Assembly: GCA_027021195.1 (NCBI GenBank)
Contig: JALUUW010000003.1
Coordinates: 4,843 to 68,842 of the forward strand
DNA from: Candidatus Pacearchaeota archaeon
GTDB taxonomy: Archaea > Nanobdellota > Nanobdellia > Pacearchaeales > GW2011-AR1
Direction: 5' to 3'
Length of the DNA stretch: 64,000 nucleotides
Shown in pieces: positions 18,203-28,054 of the stretch (the first letter of the stretch is position 1; the number at the start of each line of letters is the position of its first letter). The position numbers and the translations under genes were made by a program. The notes beneath the pieces were generated by a model that saw nothing but the letters and a program-made list of their open reading frames with translations, did not search any database and was not told the origin of the DNA.

Positions 18203-20064
18203 CTCTATCAGACATGGGAAAAAGAGTTCAAGCGTCATGTCTTTTAGTGATATCTCTGCTTTTTGTAATTCTATCAGCATCTTTTATGGCTGCAGAAGGC
18301 AACTCAACAAGTTCTGATGCGGACAAAATCAATAAAGCATATGGGTGTCTTGAAGATAAAGTAAAGGGAAAATGCCCCTCTCTTTCTCTGGAAGAGAGAA
18401 TTTTCTCTCTATTAGCTATAGGAGAGTGTAAAGAAGAGCTTCTTTCTAATTCAAAAGACGAGGAGTGCTGGCCAAAATCTGATTGCAAGGTTAAGCCTAC
18501 AGCTCAGGCTATTCTGGCCCTTAACGGAGCAAACAAAGATACAAGCAGGGCAGAAGAGTGGCTTTTATCTCAGAATTCCACTCCTTCTGAAATTGACTGG
18601 TTTCTGCAGATTGAAAGCGCAGAAGCCACAACATGTAATGTGGATTACTCAGGAAATTCTTATCAAGTATCTATTGACGCTGAAAAAAAACTGAGCTCTA
18701 ATGCAGGAAGTTGCCTCAGTCTTTATGGAGGGGATTACTGGTTTAGAATCTCTCCTTCATGCTATGATAACGAATTCGCAATTTCATGCGACAAGCCTTT
18801 TCTTACAACGCTTTTGTTTAAGAAAAAAACCTCTTCAACAATTCATGTCTCTCAAAAAACAAACTCTGCTGCATCAGAAGGGACAACAATAGAGAAGGTT
18901 GGCTCTCTTTGCTTTTCAAAAGGAGGCTCCTGTGATTATGAGGGGAGCTTATGGGCTGCTTTGGCACTAAACTCACTGGGTAAAGATGTTTCATCATTTA
19001 TGCCTTACCTTATAACAATGGCTGATGAGAATGGCAAGTATCTTCCGGAGTCTTTTTCCTATATTCTGACAGGATATGAGGATTTTCGCAATGAATTGCT
19101 CTTAAAACAAAAAAGCAACAAGTACTGGATGGAATCAGGGGACAAGTTTTATGATACTGCTCTTGCATTGTATCCGTTGCAGTATGAAACTCCTGAAGAA
19201 AAGACAAATGCAGTAAACTGGCTTTTGGAATCCCAGGACAATGAAGGGTGCTGGGAAGGCAACATAAGAAATACTGCTTTTATTCTTTATTCTGTCTGGC
19301 CAAAAGACTTTGCTGTTGATGAGGAGGATGAAAGAGTTGATTGCGAGAGTGCAGGATATTATTGCATGTCTGAGATAAACTGTGAAGGAGAGGTTCTTCC
19401 GGACTATTCCTGCTCAGGAGTTTTTAAGTGCTGCGACACCCCTATCCCTCTGGAAACCTGTGAAGAAATGGGCGGACAGGTCTGCAACTCAAATCAGGCA
19501 TGCGTTGAAGGAAGAGTTGAAGACTCTCCAGACCTTGATTTTGGAGAGGCTTGCTGCCTGGGTGGCTTTTGCGAAGACTCTGCCCCCGTTGAAGAAGAAG
19601 TGTCAGAATGCGAGTCATACGGAGGGGTGTGCAGAACAAACGGGTGTTTTGATGATGAAGAGGAATCTTCCTATTCCTGTGACTTCACTACTGACTCCTG
19701 CTGCACTGTAAAAATTTCTCCTAAAAAAAGCTATTGGTATGTCTGGGTGCTGTTGTTTTTAATAGGGCTTGTAGCTATTGGCATAGTTTTCAGGGATAAA
19801 TTGAGGCCTTATTGGTTTAGGCTGAAGTCAAAGTTTAAAGGCAAAGGCTCTGGAACTGGAAGCCCTGCTCCAAGAAGGCCAGGGTTCCCTCCTCCGTCTT
19901 CAAGAATTCCTTTAAGAAGGAGAATTATGCCAAGAAGAATAATTCCTCCGCAGCAGACTCCTCAAAATATTCCAAGACAATTTCGCCCTTCTGTTCAAAA
20001 GAAACAAAAATCAAGCAAGGAGCTTGATGAAGTTCTTAAAAAGCTCAGGGAAATGGGAAATTGA
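18199..20064 (+). CDS. secreted surface protein with a Cys-rich membrane-proximal module, C-terminal TM anchor and Pro-rich tail
   Basis: Sec-type signal peptide. Cys-rich region (CCLGGFC). TM helix YWYVWVLLFLIGLVAIGIVF. PRRPGFPPPSS tail. Confidence 0.45.
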   Translation: MTLSDMGKRVQASCLLVISLLFVILSASFMAAEGNSTSSDADKINKAYGCLEDKVKGKCPSLSLEERIFSLLAIGECKEELLSNSKDEECWPKSDCKVKPTAQAILALNGANKDTSRAEEWLLSQNSTPSEIDWFLQIESAEATTCNVDYSGNSYQVSIDAEKKLSSNAGSCLSLYGGDYWFRISPSCYDNEFAISCDKPFLTTLLFKKKTSSTIHVSQKTNSAASEGTTIEKVGSLCFSKGGSCDYEGSLWAALALNSLGKDVSSFMPYLITMADENGKYLPESFSYILTGYEDFRNELLLKQKSNKYWMESGDKFYDTALALYPLQYETPEEKTNAVNWLLESQDNEGCWEGNIRNTAFILYSVWPKDFAVDEEDERVDCESAGYYCMSEINCEGEVLPDYSCSGVFKCCDTPIPLETCEEMGGQVCNSNQACVEGRVEDSPDLDFGEACCLGGFCEDSAPVEEEVSECESYGGVCRTNGCFDDEEESSYSCDFTTDSCCTVKISPKKSYWYVWVLLFLIGLVAIGIVFRDKLRPYWFRLKSKFKGKGSGTGSPAPRRPGFPPPSSRIPLRRRIMPRRIIPPQQTPQNIPRQFRPSVQKKQKSSKELDEVLKKLREMGN

Positions 20065-20443
20065 TGGGGTATATAACAAGATAAGGATGATTGCGGGCTT
20101 TATGATAAAGCAAAAATTTTCCAGATAATGCAAATACTCTGCAATTATATTTAGAAACAATGAAAAGATTTGGCGAGGAGATGATGTTTTTCGCAACATA
20201 GGTATTGGAACTGTTTGCTCTTCTTGTGGAAATCATTATGAATTTGATTTTTACCATGATAAGAAGATGTTAGAAAGACTTGCTGAAGGTCCGGAACAAG
20301 AATTGCGTTGAATGTTTTGTTCAGGATGGCTCTATCCGCTTAGCTATGAGGAAGGGTATCTGCCTATATCACTGACAGAATTATGCATTCGTGTTCTTTC
20401 TAAATAAAAAAACTTTATTAACCATATATTTCTTTACATACTT

Positions 20444-21775
20444 ATGAAAAAAAGCATAATTATTCTTGCAGTTTTATTACTGGCAATTCAATTTGCCTCA
20501 GCAGTTGAGTTTGACATGAAATCAGAATTCAGTCAGGGAGAAACAATTATTGCCAGAGTTTCTGGAAATTTCATAGACCCTGTTCTCAGGGAAAACATAC
20601 ATTTTTACAGGGGCAATGTGCCGACTTCAATAATCTATGATGTTGCAAGAATAAGCGGAGAGTTTTACATTTATGCTATTCTCTCTGGAAAAAAAGAGGG
20701 AAATTATTCAATAGTGATAGAGAATGCAAAATACATGAAAGGCTCTCAGGTAGTTGAAGATGCAATAACAAAAAACTTCTCAATAACCAACAGTACAGCA
20801 GATTTTTCAGTAGATCCCGGGTTTATTATAACAAAAGGGAAATTTTTTGTGCAGGTTCAGAATCTGAAGGATTATAAAATAAATGTCAATGCAAAAATAC
20901 TTGCAGATTCAGGAAACAATGGCGGAGGGCTTTTTGATTCTTTGTTTGGAAACAATGGTGAAACAAATGTTTATGAGAAATCAGTTGCTCTGAAATCTGG
21001 CGAGATTAAAAAGATTGATTTTGAATTGGCAAATCTAACTGGCTCAGAACTGACAACTCTTGAAGTAAGCAGTGAAAATCTAAAATACAGCATCCCTCTT
21101 TATATTATAACGAATATGACTGGCGAGGAAGGGGAAAAAGAAAAGGGGATTAAACTTAAATTTGATCCTTCTGAATTAAATGTATCAATCCCTACTTCTT
21201 CAAACACTACAAGAATCATCTATCTGCGAAATTCCGGAGAAGTGGCAATAGAGAATATTTCTTTATCAGTGTCTGATTCCCTGAAGGATTATCTTTCTCT
21301 TTCAGCATATGATATTAATGGGCTTGAGGGGAACTCAAGTGTAAAAATAGAGGTTTATCTTTCTTCAGGAGATATAGAAAGAACTTTTGAAGGGCAGATA
21401 ACTGCAAAAGCTCCTTCAGCAGCTGAAGGAAATGACGTCTATGCTTATGCTGCTGTTTTTTTGAATTTTGTAAAAGGGTTTAAGCCTTTGGACAATGAAA
21501 CAGGAGAGATAAACTATGGAAAAGAAAATACCTGTTCGGAAATGAATGGTGAAATCTGCGCTGAAAATATGGAGTGTTACGGAGACCTAAAATATGCTTT
21601 AGATGGTGTTTGTTGTTTGGGAAGCTGCAGGGAGCTTAAGGAGAGCCCTACAGGAAAAATAATCGGATGGTTAATAATAGTTCTTGTTGCAGTCTTCCTT
21701 ATATGGTTTTTCCGGTTTAAATACAAGGAGGCAAAAAAAGAAGTAAATCTTTTGAAAATTGCCAAGAGAAAGTGA
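20444..21775 (+). CDS. secreted surface protein with a C-terminal Cys motif (CCLGSC) and TM anchor
   Basis: Signal peptide MKKSIIILAVLLLAIQFASA. C-terminal CSEMNGEICAENMECYGD..GVCCLGSC followed by a TM helix. Confidence 0.4.
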   Translation: MKKSIIILAVLLLAIQFASAVEFDMKSEFSQGETIIARVSGNFIDPVLRENIHFYRGNVPTSIIYDVARISGEFYIYAILSGKKEGNYSIVIENAKYMKGSQVVEDAITKNFSITNSTADFSVDPGFIITKGKFFVQVQNLKDYKINVNAKILADSGNNGGGLFDSLFGNNGETNVYEKSVALKSGEIKKIDFELANLTGSELTTLEVSSENLKYSIPLYIITNMTGEEGEKEKGIKLKFDPSELNVSIPTSSNTTRIIYLRNSGEVAIENISLSVSDSLKDYLSLSAYDINGLEGNSSVKIEVYLSSGDIERTFEGQITAKAPSAAEGNDVYAYAAVFLNFVKGFKPLDNETGEINYGKENTCSEMNGEICAENMECYGDLKYALDGVCCLGSCRELKESPTGKIIGWLIIVLVAVFLIWFFRFKYKEAKKEVNLLKIAKRK

Positions 21776-21778
21776 TTT

Positions 21779-22315
21779 TTACCTCCCTCCTTTTTTCCTT
21801 ACACCTTTCTTCTTTTTGGATTTTTTCTTTGTATTTTCAGCTTTCTTTTCTGAGGCTGTTTTTTTATCTCCAATAACTTCCCTCAGTTTTTTCTCAAGAA
21901 TGTTTCTTTCTACCTGCATTACTCTTGCAATTTCATCATATCCGTGGAGCCTTCTTGTAAGTTCATTAAGAATATCATTCCACCCGTTGTTTGTAAGCGC
22001 AATTAGCTCAGGGGATACAATTTCAATGTGGGCTGGCATATACTTGAAAAGAATTATTGCAAGGTTTAGTATGTCTTCAACCTCAATCTCAACTTCTGCA
22101 AAATTAGTATAAAATTCTTTTTGATCTTTCATTAATTTTGGCTCGTTTATCTTTTTGCTCACAACACTGACCCCTTTTTCACCATCAATCTGGCTTATAA
22201 TGTTGTTCAGCGTCTCAGTAAGATGTTCCGGAGGCCTTCCAATAACTTCGATTATAATTGCTGCTGTAATTCCTTTTGTTTCATACTTTTCTCTTTCTTC
22301 TTTACTCAAACCCAT
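21779..22315 (-). CDS. hypothetical protein with a basic Lys-rich C-terminal tail
   Basis: ORF only. KKKSKKKKGVRKKGGR tail suggests nucleic-acid binding. Confidence 0.3.
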   Translation of the reverse strand: MGLSKEEREKYETKGITAAIIIEVIGRPPEHLTETLNNIISQIDGEKGVSVVSKKINEPKLMKDQKEFYTNFAEVEIEVEDILNLAIILFKYMPAHIEIVSPELIALTNNGWNDILNELTRRLHGYDEIARVMQVERNILEKKLREVIGDKKTASEKKAENTKKKSKKKKGVRKKGGR

Positions 22316-23048
22316 TTTTTCTAAATTCCTTGTCTTTCATTTTCAATGCAAACAAGACTGCAAGCAAAATACAGAAGGCTATAAGGCCGTAAATTCCATA
22401 TCTGCCTTTTCTCAAACCTTCGTTGGAATCTCTGGTTTTTATACTTTTGGTATTAAGTTTTATCACTTCTGGAGAGTCGGAAGAGATTTTTTCCAGAGAG
22501 TCTTTTTTTGTCTCGCTGGTTTTTGTTTCTTCACGAATTTCAGGCAAGGGGCTTCTTTTTTTATTCTCATCCTCATTCTTTTGAGTGCCTCTTTTTTCCC
22601 TGCCTTCTTCTTTTGCTGTTCCGGCATCTTTTTCACATTCATTTTCTCTTCCTTTTGTTTCCTCTGAAAACCCCCATTCTTCATTGCAGAACCGCCATGT
22701 TAATGCGCTATTTTCAGAATCTTCAAGTAAATCAGTTTCATCAATAATGCTGTTTCCTTTGTATAAAAAGACTTTCTCATCAGAGTTGTCAAGCCATTGC
22801 TTGCTGAAGCCATAAACATAGTATCCTGAAAAAACACTGCCTGAATTAAACAATATCTCATCTCCGTCATTATTCAAAAGCCTGTACCCGCCGAGGTCAA
22901 CTTCTTCTTCACTGTAAAGCTCAATCCATTCATTGCCTGCATCTTTTCCAGGAGGATTTAACTCAACCTCTGTTATTCTGATAGCTGAGGCAAGAGAGGT
23001 AATTATTAATGCAATAATTATCGCAAAGAAGAGTTTTCTTCCAGCCAT
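22302..23048 (-). CDS. lamin-tail-domain (LTD) secreted protein with C-terminal TM anchor
   Basis: Signal peptide. ITEVELNPPGKDAGNEWIELYS is the LTD signature. C-terminal hydrophobic helix. Confidence 0.5.
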   Translation of the reverse strand: MAGRKLFFAIIIALIITSLASAIRITEVELNPPGKDAGNEWIELYSEEEVDLGGYRLLNNDGDEILFNSGSVFSGYYVYGFSKQWLDNSDEKVFLYKGNSIIDETDLLEDSENSALTWRFCNEEWGFSEETKGRENECEKDAGTAKEEGREKRGTQKNEDENKKRSPLPEIREETKTSETKKDSLEKISSDSPEVIKLNTKSIKTRDSNEGLRKGRYGIYGLIAFCILLAVLFALKMKDKEFRKNGFE

Positions 23049-23098
23049 TAAAATAAGAGCTAAAAGATTGTTTTAAATTTTATTGCATTCAGCCACAC

Positions 23099-23497
23099 TT
23101 AACAGAAAAACTGCGCAAACTTCTTTCCTTTTTTTCTCGCATCCTCAAGGCTAATGACAAAATTTTTCCCAGAGTCTCTCAGGCTTTTAGGATGGATAAA
23201 CAGCCATCCCTCTCTGTTGAATCTTAAGGCTATTACTGGCTTTAGCTTGAAAATTTCAGAGAATACTATGAAGTTGCTTATCTGTTCCTTGGATATATAC
23301 TTGACAGGCTTTTTGCTTGATTTCACCTCTATACAGTATTTTTTCCCTTTTTTTCCTGCAATTAAATCGCAGTCAGCATTCTCCATTGCTCCTGATCCTG
23401 CAACTCTGACAGCCCTGTAATTATTATCAATAAACATCTGAAACAGTTCGCGTTCAGCCTTGCTTCCCTTGGATTTGTTTTTTGGCATTTTTATCAC
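23099..23497 (-). CDS. hjc: Holliday junction resolvase Hjc
   Basis: 132 aa. ERELFQMF..G..AVRVAGSG....DLIAGKKGKKYCIEVKSS matches the archaeal Hjc catalytic core. Confidence 0.7.
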   Translation of the reverse strand: MIKMPKNKSKGSKAERELFQMFIDNNYRAVRVAGSGAMENADCDLIAGKKGKKYCIEVKSSKKPVKYISKEQISNFIVFSEIFKLKPVIALRFNREGWLFIHPKSLRDSGKNFVISLEDARKKGKKFAQFFC

Positions 23498-23567
23498 CTC
23501 ACATAAAATTAATAAGAAAAAAAGTTTTTAAAATTTCTCTAAACAAAAGCCAATAAGCCTTGTTTTA

Positions 23568-23753
23568 TCATAAATCCCTTGCCTGCAATGTTCTGCGGCC
23601 ATTTGCCTTTGCCCTTTTTATTGCCTCTACCAAAATCTCCTCAACTTTTCTTTCCAAAGCTGTTTCAACTTCATCAGCAACACTTGAAACCGCATTTTCC
23701 TTGTCAAGCTCTTTTACAGCTTTTCTTATATTGCTTTTTACAATTAATGCCAT
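23568..23753 (-). CDS. archaeal histone (HMf-family histone fold)
   Basis: 61 aa. Alignable to HMfB (..IVKSNIRKAV......VS..A...LE..V.EI...A...AK.NGRRTL.ARDL). Confidence 0.55.
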   Translation of the reverse strand: MALIVKSNIRKAVKELDKENAVSSVADEVETALERKVEEILVEAIKRAKANGRRTLQARDL

Positions 23754-23874
23754 TTTTTCAGTTTCTTTTTTTAGTGCAACACAATTTATTTGATTTAATC
23801 AAAGTTTCTATTTCAACAATGCTTAGCTTTTTATAATTTTCTTTATCAAAAGACTTCTTTTTTTAATTCACTTT

Positions 23875-25359
23875 TTACTTCTTTTCTCTTCCTTCTTCAG
23901 GCTTCATCAAAGGAAATATGACGCACTCTCTTATAGGCCTTCCCATTAAAAATGAAAACAATCTTTCTGATACTCCAAATCCGCATGTTGGAGGCATCCC
24001 GTATTTCAGGGCTTCAACAAAGTCTATGTCATGTTCATGAGCTTCTTCATATCCTTTATTCTTCATCTCCATTTGTTTTTTGAATCTTTGCTCCTGGTCA
24101 AAAGGATCGTTCAATTCACTGTATCCGTTTCCCATTTCTGTTCCTGCAAGAATAACCTGAAACTGCTCTACCTTTTTTGAGTCTTCTGCTTTTCTTTTTG
24201 CCAGAGGAGAGACCTCAACAGGCTGGTTAATCAAAAACCCCGGCCCTGAGATTTTCTTTCTGCAGTACTTCCATAGGCTGTCAACAAGGCTCCATTTCTC
24301 CCCGTCTTTTGTATGTTCTACGCCAAGCTCTTTTAGCTTTTTTTCAATATCTCTTTTGGTTGCAGAATAAATATCAATTCCTGTATATTTTTTTATTGTC
24401 TTTTCATAATCATAGATTTCCCATTTTTTTCCCAAGTCAACTTTATGCCCATGAGCCTCGAACTTTAAACTTCCGAGAGTTTCCTTTGCAACCTTTTGGT
24501 ACATTTCCTGAACAAGCTTCATTCCGTCTTCATAATTTGCATATGCCCAGTAGAATTCCATTTGAGTGTAGTCCTGAAGATGCTCTGCATCCATTCCTTC
24601 ATTTCTGAACTGCCTTCCTATTTCAAATGTTTTTTCATACCCTGCGACCATCAGCCTTTTTTGCCACAACTCCCCCATAGAAATTCTAAGATAGACATCC
24701 ATATTAAGAGCATTATGATGTGTTTTAAAAGGTGTTGCTGCAGCGCCTCCCGCGCTTATTTCTAAAACAGGAGTTTCCACCTCCAGAAACCCTTTTTCTA
24801 AAAGAAAATCTCTTATGGTTTTCCAGAACCTTGCCTTTTTTATAAAGAGCTCTTTTACTTCAGGATTCATAAGAATGTCAAGATATCTCTTTCTCAGCCT
24901 TTCCTCTTCATCCCTGAGGCCGTGCCATTTCTCAGGAAGCGGAAGGACAGACTTGCTCAGGAGTTCCAGTTTTTTAACTATGATAGAAAGCTCCCCTCTT
25001 TTTGTTCTCATAATGATTCCTTCCACTCCTACAAAATCTCCTGCATCAATATATCTCTTAAACAGTTCAAATGTATCCTTTGGAGTTTCCTTATCCTGCA
25101 GAACAATCTGTATCCTCCCGGATGAATCCTGCAGAGAGGCAAAAGAGATTTTCCCCAAATCACGTTTAACCATAATCCTTCCTGCTGTTTTTACCCTGTC
25201 CTTTGTCTTTGAATCATTCTTCAGTTTTTTATGCTTCTCCTGCAATTCTGCAAAACACTGTTTTTTCTCAAACCTGTTTGGGTAAGGATTAATTCCTTTC
25301 TTTTTGAGCTCAGAAAGCTTTCTTATTCTTTCACTTATTATTTGCTCTTCACGTCCCAT
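23875..25359 (-). CDS. lysS: lysyl-tRNA synthetase, class II
   Basis: 494 aa. OB-fold N-terminus plus class II catalytic core motifs. Confidence 0.9.
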   Translation of the reverse strand: MGREEQIISERIRKLSELKKKGINPYPNRFEKKQCFAELQEKHKKLKNDSKTKDRVKTAGRIMVKRDLGKISFASLQDSSGRIQIVLQDKETPKDTFELFKRYIDAGDFVGVEGIIMRTKRGELSIIVKKLELLSKSVLPLPEKWHGLRDEEERLRKRYLDILMNPEVKELFIKKARFWKTIRDFLLEKGFLEVETPVLEISAGGAAATPFKTHHNALNMDVYLRISMGELWQKRLMVAGYEKTFEIGRQFRNEGMDAEHLQDYTQMEFYWAYANYEDGMKLVQEMYQKVAKETLGSLKFEAHGHKVDLGKKWEIYDYEKTIKKYTGIDIYSATKRDIEKKLKELGVEHTKDGEKWSLVDSLWKYCRKKISGPGFLINQPVEVSPLAKRKAEDSKKVEQFQVILAGTEMGNGYSELNDPFDQEQRFKKQMEMKNKGYEEAHEHDIDFVEALKYGMPPTCGFGVSERLFSFLMGRPIRECVIFPLMKPEEGREKK

Positions 25360-25381
25360 GTCCTCTAAAAATAAATCTTGT

Positions 25382-25921
25382 TTAAATATGTTTTTGAAGC
25401 TCTTTTAAAGCAACCTTCAGCCAATAAGAATAATTGCCGGGGTTTTCTTTAATGTCTTTTTTTAATTCTTTCATAGAAATCCATTTGTAATCTTTAACTT
25501 CAATAGGATTCGGAGATATCTTCTGGCTTTCATTGATTTTTCCTATAAAAACACAGTCATATTCATGCTCAATCAGCCCGTTGTCAAACTCTGTTTTATA
25601 AGTAAAACAGAATAATCTTTTAAGTTTGCAGCTAAATCCCATCTCTTCAATAAGTCTTCTATTGGCTGCATCATAATCGCTTTCACCAGGCCTTGGATGG
25701 CTGCAGCAGGTGTTTGACCAAAGCCCGCCTGAATGGTATTTTGCTTTTGCCCTTTTCTGCAGCAGCAGCTCATCCTTTGAATTAAAAACAAAAATTGAAA
25801 AAGCCCTGTGAAGCTTCCCTTCCTTATGAGCCTTTATTTTTTCCTCTTCCCCGATTTTCCTGTTGTTTTCATCAACAAGTATTACTTTTTCTTTAGCTTG
25901 ATTTTTCATTGTTTTTTCCAT
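25382..25921 (-). CDS. idi: isopentenyl-diphosphate delta-isomerase, type 1 (Nudix fold)
   Basis: LHRAFSIFVFN, WSNTCCSHP and EHEYDCVF motifs. Confidence 0.7.
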   Translation of the reverse strand: MEKTMKNQAKEKVILVDENNRKIGEEEKIKAHKEGKLHRAFSIFVFNSKDELLLQKRAKAKYHSGGLWSNTCCSHPRPGESDYDAANRRLIEEMGFSCKLKRLFCFTYKTEFDNGLIEHEYDCVFIGKINESQKISPNPIEVKDYKWISMKELKKDIKENPGNYSYWLKVALKELQKHI

Positions 25922-25968
25922 TATCCATCAATGATAATTCTTTTGTTTCGCAGCTATTAAAAATTGTT

Positions 25969-26394
25969 TCATTTTTTCCAGTACCTTTTAAATCCGTGGC
26001 TGTCCAGCTCTTTGTTTAAAAGCTCATCAGCCATCTGCTGGAATTTGTCCCATCTGCTTACATGCTTGTAGGCTATTTCTTTAAAGTTCTCCTGAAGCTT
26101 CTGGACTTTTAGAAATAATGGAAGCAATTTTGGGTCTCTGACTCTGTACTCTCCTAAAAGCTGCTTGACTATTAATTCTGAATCCAAAAAACACATTACC
26201 TTTTCCCTAGTATGCTTTGAAGCGAGCTGCAATGCTTTAATTAATGCCTCATATTCAGCCATATTGTTTGTGACTCTTCTTCCTATAAACTGGCTGTATC
26301 TGGTAAGTATCTCTTCATCTCTTCTTACTATAACTCCTATTGCACCAGGCCCTGGATTGCCTCTTGCCCCTCCGTCTGAATTTGTGTATATCAT
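25969..26394 (-). CDS. rnhA: ribonuclease HI
   Basis: TDGGARGNPGPGAIGVI...TNNMAEYEALIKAL signature of RNase H type 1. Confidence 0.7.
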   Translation of the reverse strand: MIYTNSDGGARGNPGPGAIGVIVRRDEEILTRYSQFIGRRVTNNMAEYEALIKALQLASKHTREKVMCFLDSELIVKQLLGEYRVRDPKLLPLFLKVQKLQENFKEIAYKHVSRWDKFQQMADELLNKELDSHGFKRYWKK

Positions 26395-26427
26395 TTTATT
26401 TTTGCCATATATTTGGTTTTATCTGAT

Positions 26428-26703
26428 TCATATATGCAAAACCTTAAAGGCCTTAAATCCCTGAAATCTCTCAGGCTTAATCTGAACATTTTTTATCTGC
26501 GCATGGCGAGGGCCTTTTTTGCACAACTCAATCATCTTATTTACATCATTAACATCTCCTTCAAGAAAAACTTCAACTCTTCCGTCTTCTAAATTTCTTG
26601 TAAATCCTTTAACATTGTATCTTTCAGCATTTTCCTTTACAAATGCCCTAAAGAAGACTCCCTGAACAGTCCCGCTGATGTATAATCTTACAGACTTTTT
26701 CAT
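26428..26703 (-). CDS. acyP: acylphosphatase
   Basis: 91 aa. V.GTVQGVFFR...KGFTRNLEDGRVEV..EG motifs. Confidence 0.8.
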   Translation of the reverse strand: MKKSVRLYISGTVQGVFFRAFVKENAERYNVKGFTRNLEDGRVEVFLEGDVNDVNKMIELCKKGPRHAQIKNVQIKPERFQGFKAFKVLHI

Positions 26704-26791
26704 AATAAAGGATATTGGCTTTGGTTTATTAATTTTGTTAAAATTATATGAAAGCAGAAATAATTATAAACTGGCTCTGGCAGGTTTTTTT

Positions 26792-27433
26792 ATGGATCTG
26801 TTTGAGCAAATAAAAGAAGAAGTAAGATACTTTTTTGAAGAGTCTAAAGGAAGCCATGATTGGGAGCATGTTGAAAGAGTCTATAATCTTGCACTTCATA
26901 TAGGGCAAAAAGAAAATGCGGATTTGGAGATTTTGAAGCTTGCTGTAATCTTGCACGATATTGGAAGAGCTGAGCAGGATAATTCTAAGGGAAAAATATG
27001 TCATGCAGAAATTGGGGCGGCACTTGCCAGACAGCTGTTGGAAAAATATGGATTGGAAAAAGAGAAGATTGACAAGATAGTTCACTGCATTGAAACTCAC
27101 AGATTCAGGAACAGCAAGGAGCCTAAGTCAAAAGAGGCCAAGATACTCTTTGATGCAGATAAATTAGATTCAATAGGGGCTGTTGGAGTAGGAAGGGCAT
27201 TTTTATTTGCAGGAGAGCATGGAAACAAGCTCCATAATTCTAAAGGAATAGATGTTGAAAAGACAGATGCTTATACGAGAGAAGATACTGCTTACAGGGA
27301 ATTTATAGTTAAGCTTAGGAAAATTAAAGACAAGATGCTTACACAAGAAGGAAAAAGAATTGCTGAAGAGAGGCACAAATTTATGGAGGAATTTTTTGAG
27401 AGGCTGAATAAGGAGGTTGAAGGGGAATTGTGA
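26792..27433 (+). CDS. HD-domain phosphohydrolase
   Basis: H..HV..V...A..I and LHDIGR HD motifs. Start moved to the internal Met at 26792 to avoid overlap with acyP. The longest ORF starts at 26678. Confidence 0.65.
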   Translation: MDLFEQIKEEVRYFFEESKGSHDWEHVERVYNLALHIGQKENADLEILKLAVILHDIGRAEQDNSKGKICHAEIGAALARQLLEKYGLEKEKIDKIVHCIETHRFRNSKEPKSKEAKILFDADKLDSIGAVGVGRAFLFAGEHGNKLHNSKGIDVEKTDAYTREDTAYREFIVKLRKIKDKMLTQEGKRIAEERHKFMEEFFERLNKEVEGEL

Positions 27434-27446
27434 TTTTTTGTTTTAA

Positions 27447-28043
27447 CTAAATTCCTCTCCTGTCCAGCTCGTTGTTCACAATGGCAACTGTCTGGCTGGC
27501 AAAATACATCTTAGGGCCAATGGAGATTTTCTTTGCAATTTTTTTCAGCCTTTTAAGCTCTTTGATAGGAAGCCCTTCGTGGTCCCCTAAAACAAAAACA
27601 CTTTCTTCAGGAATTTTTGCCTTTCTTATGTCTTCTCCCTTTCTGTCAAGAATGAATATTTCATTTCCATCCTCATAGAGCCCCTCAACAACTTTCAGAA
27701 AGCTCTTTTTCTCTATAAAGCATCCGGAAAGAGCTTCTGTTTTTTTGCCTTCCCTGTACTTGTAAAGGATTTTTTTAATTAAATTCCCTATGTCTTTCTT
27801 GCTTATGTCAAGCTCAGGAGTTACCTGCATTTCAATGTGTTTTGGAGCATCAGGAGGGCCGTAAAATACCAAGTGCATCTTAACATCCTTTCTGAATCCA
27901 TGGGAAAGAAAAAAAGCAGAGATGATTGTGTGTATTGCAATGTCCATTCTACCTGCTTTCATCAGGTTTCCTTTTCCTTTTTCTCCTGAAAGGGCCTTTC
28001 CAGATGTCGCTGCTTTGCTTGAAAAATATATGAAGTGCCTCAT
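27447..28043 (-). CDS. trmY: SPOUT methyltransferase, probable tRNA(Psi54-N1) methyltransferase TrmY
   Basis: AFFLSHGFRKDV...LVFYGPPDAP...VLGDHEGL...ISIGP..YFASQ pattern resembles the DUF358/TrmY family. Confidence 0.5.
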   Translation of the reverse strand: MRHFIYFSSKAATSGKALSGEKGKGNLMKAGRMDIAIHTIISAFFLSHGFRKDVKMHLVFYGPPDAPKHIEMQVTPELDISKKDIGNLIKKILYKYREGKKTEALSGCFIEKKSFLKVVEGLYEDGNEIFILDRKGEDIRKAKIPEESVFVLGDHEGLPIKELKRLKKIAKKISIGPKMYFASQTVAIVNNELDRRGI

Positions 28044-28054
28044 GAAAAAATTAA

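Noticed and set aside
21780-22700. Repetitive, low-complexity stretch that might have been a CRISPR or tandem repeat array
   Set aside because: The repeats are irregular and lie inside coding sequence for Lys/Glu-rich tails. The same holds for 29760-30000 in L31e. No regularly spaced direct repeats were found anywhere in the window.
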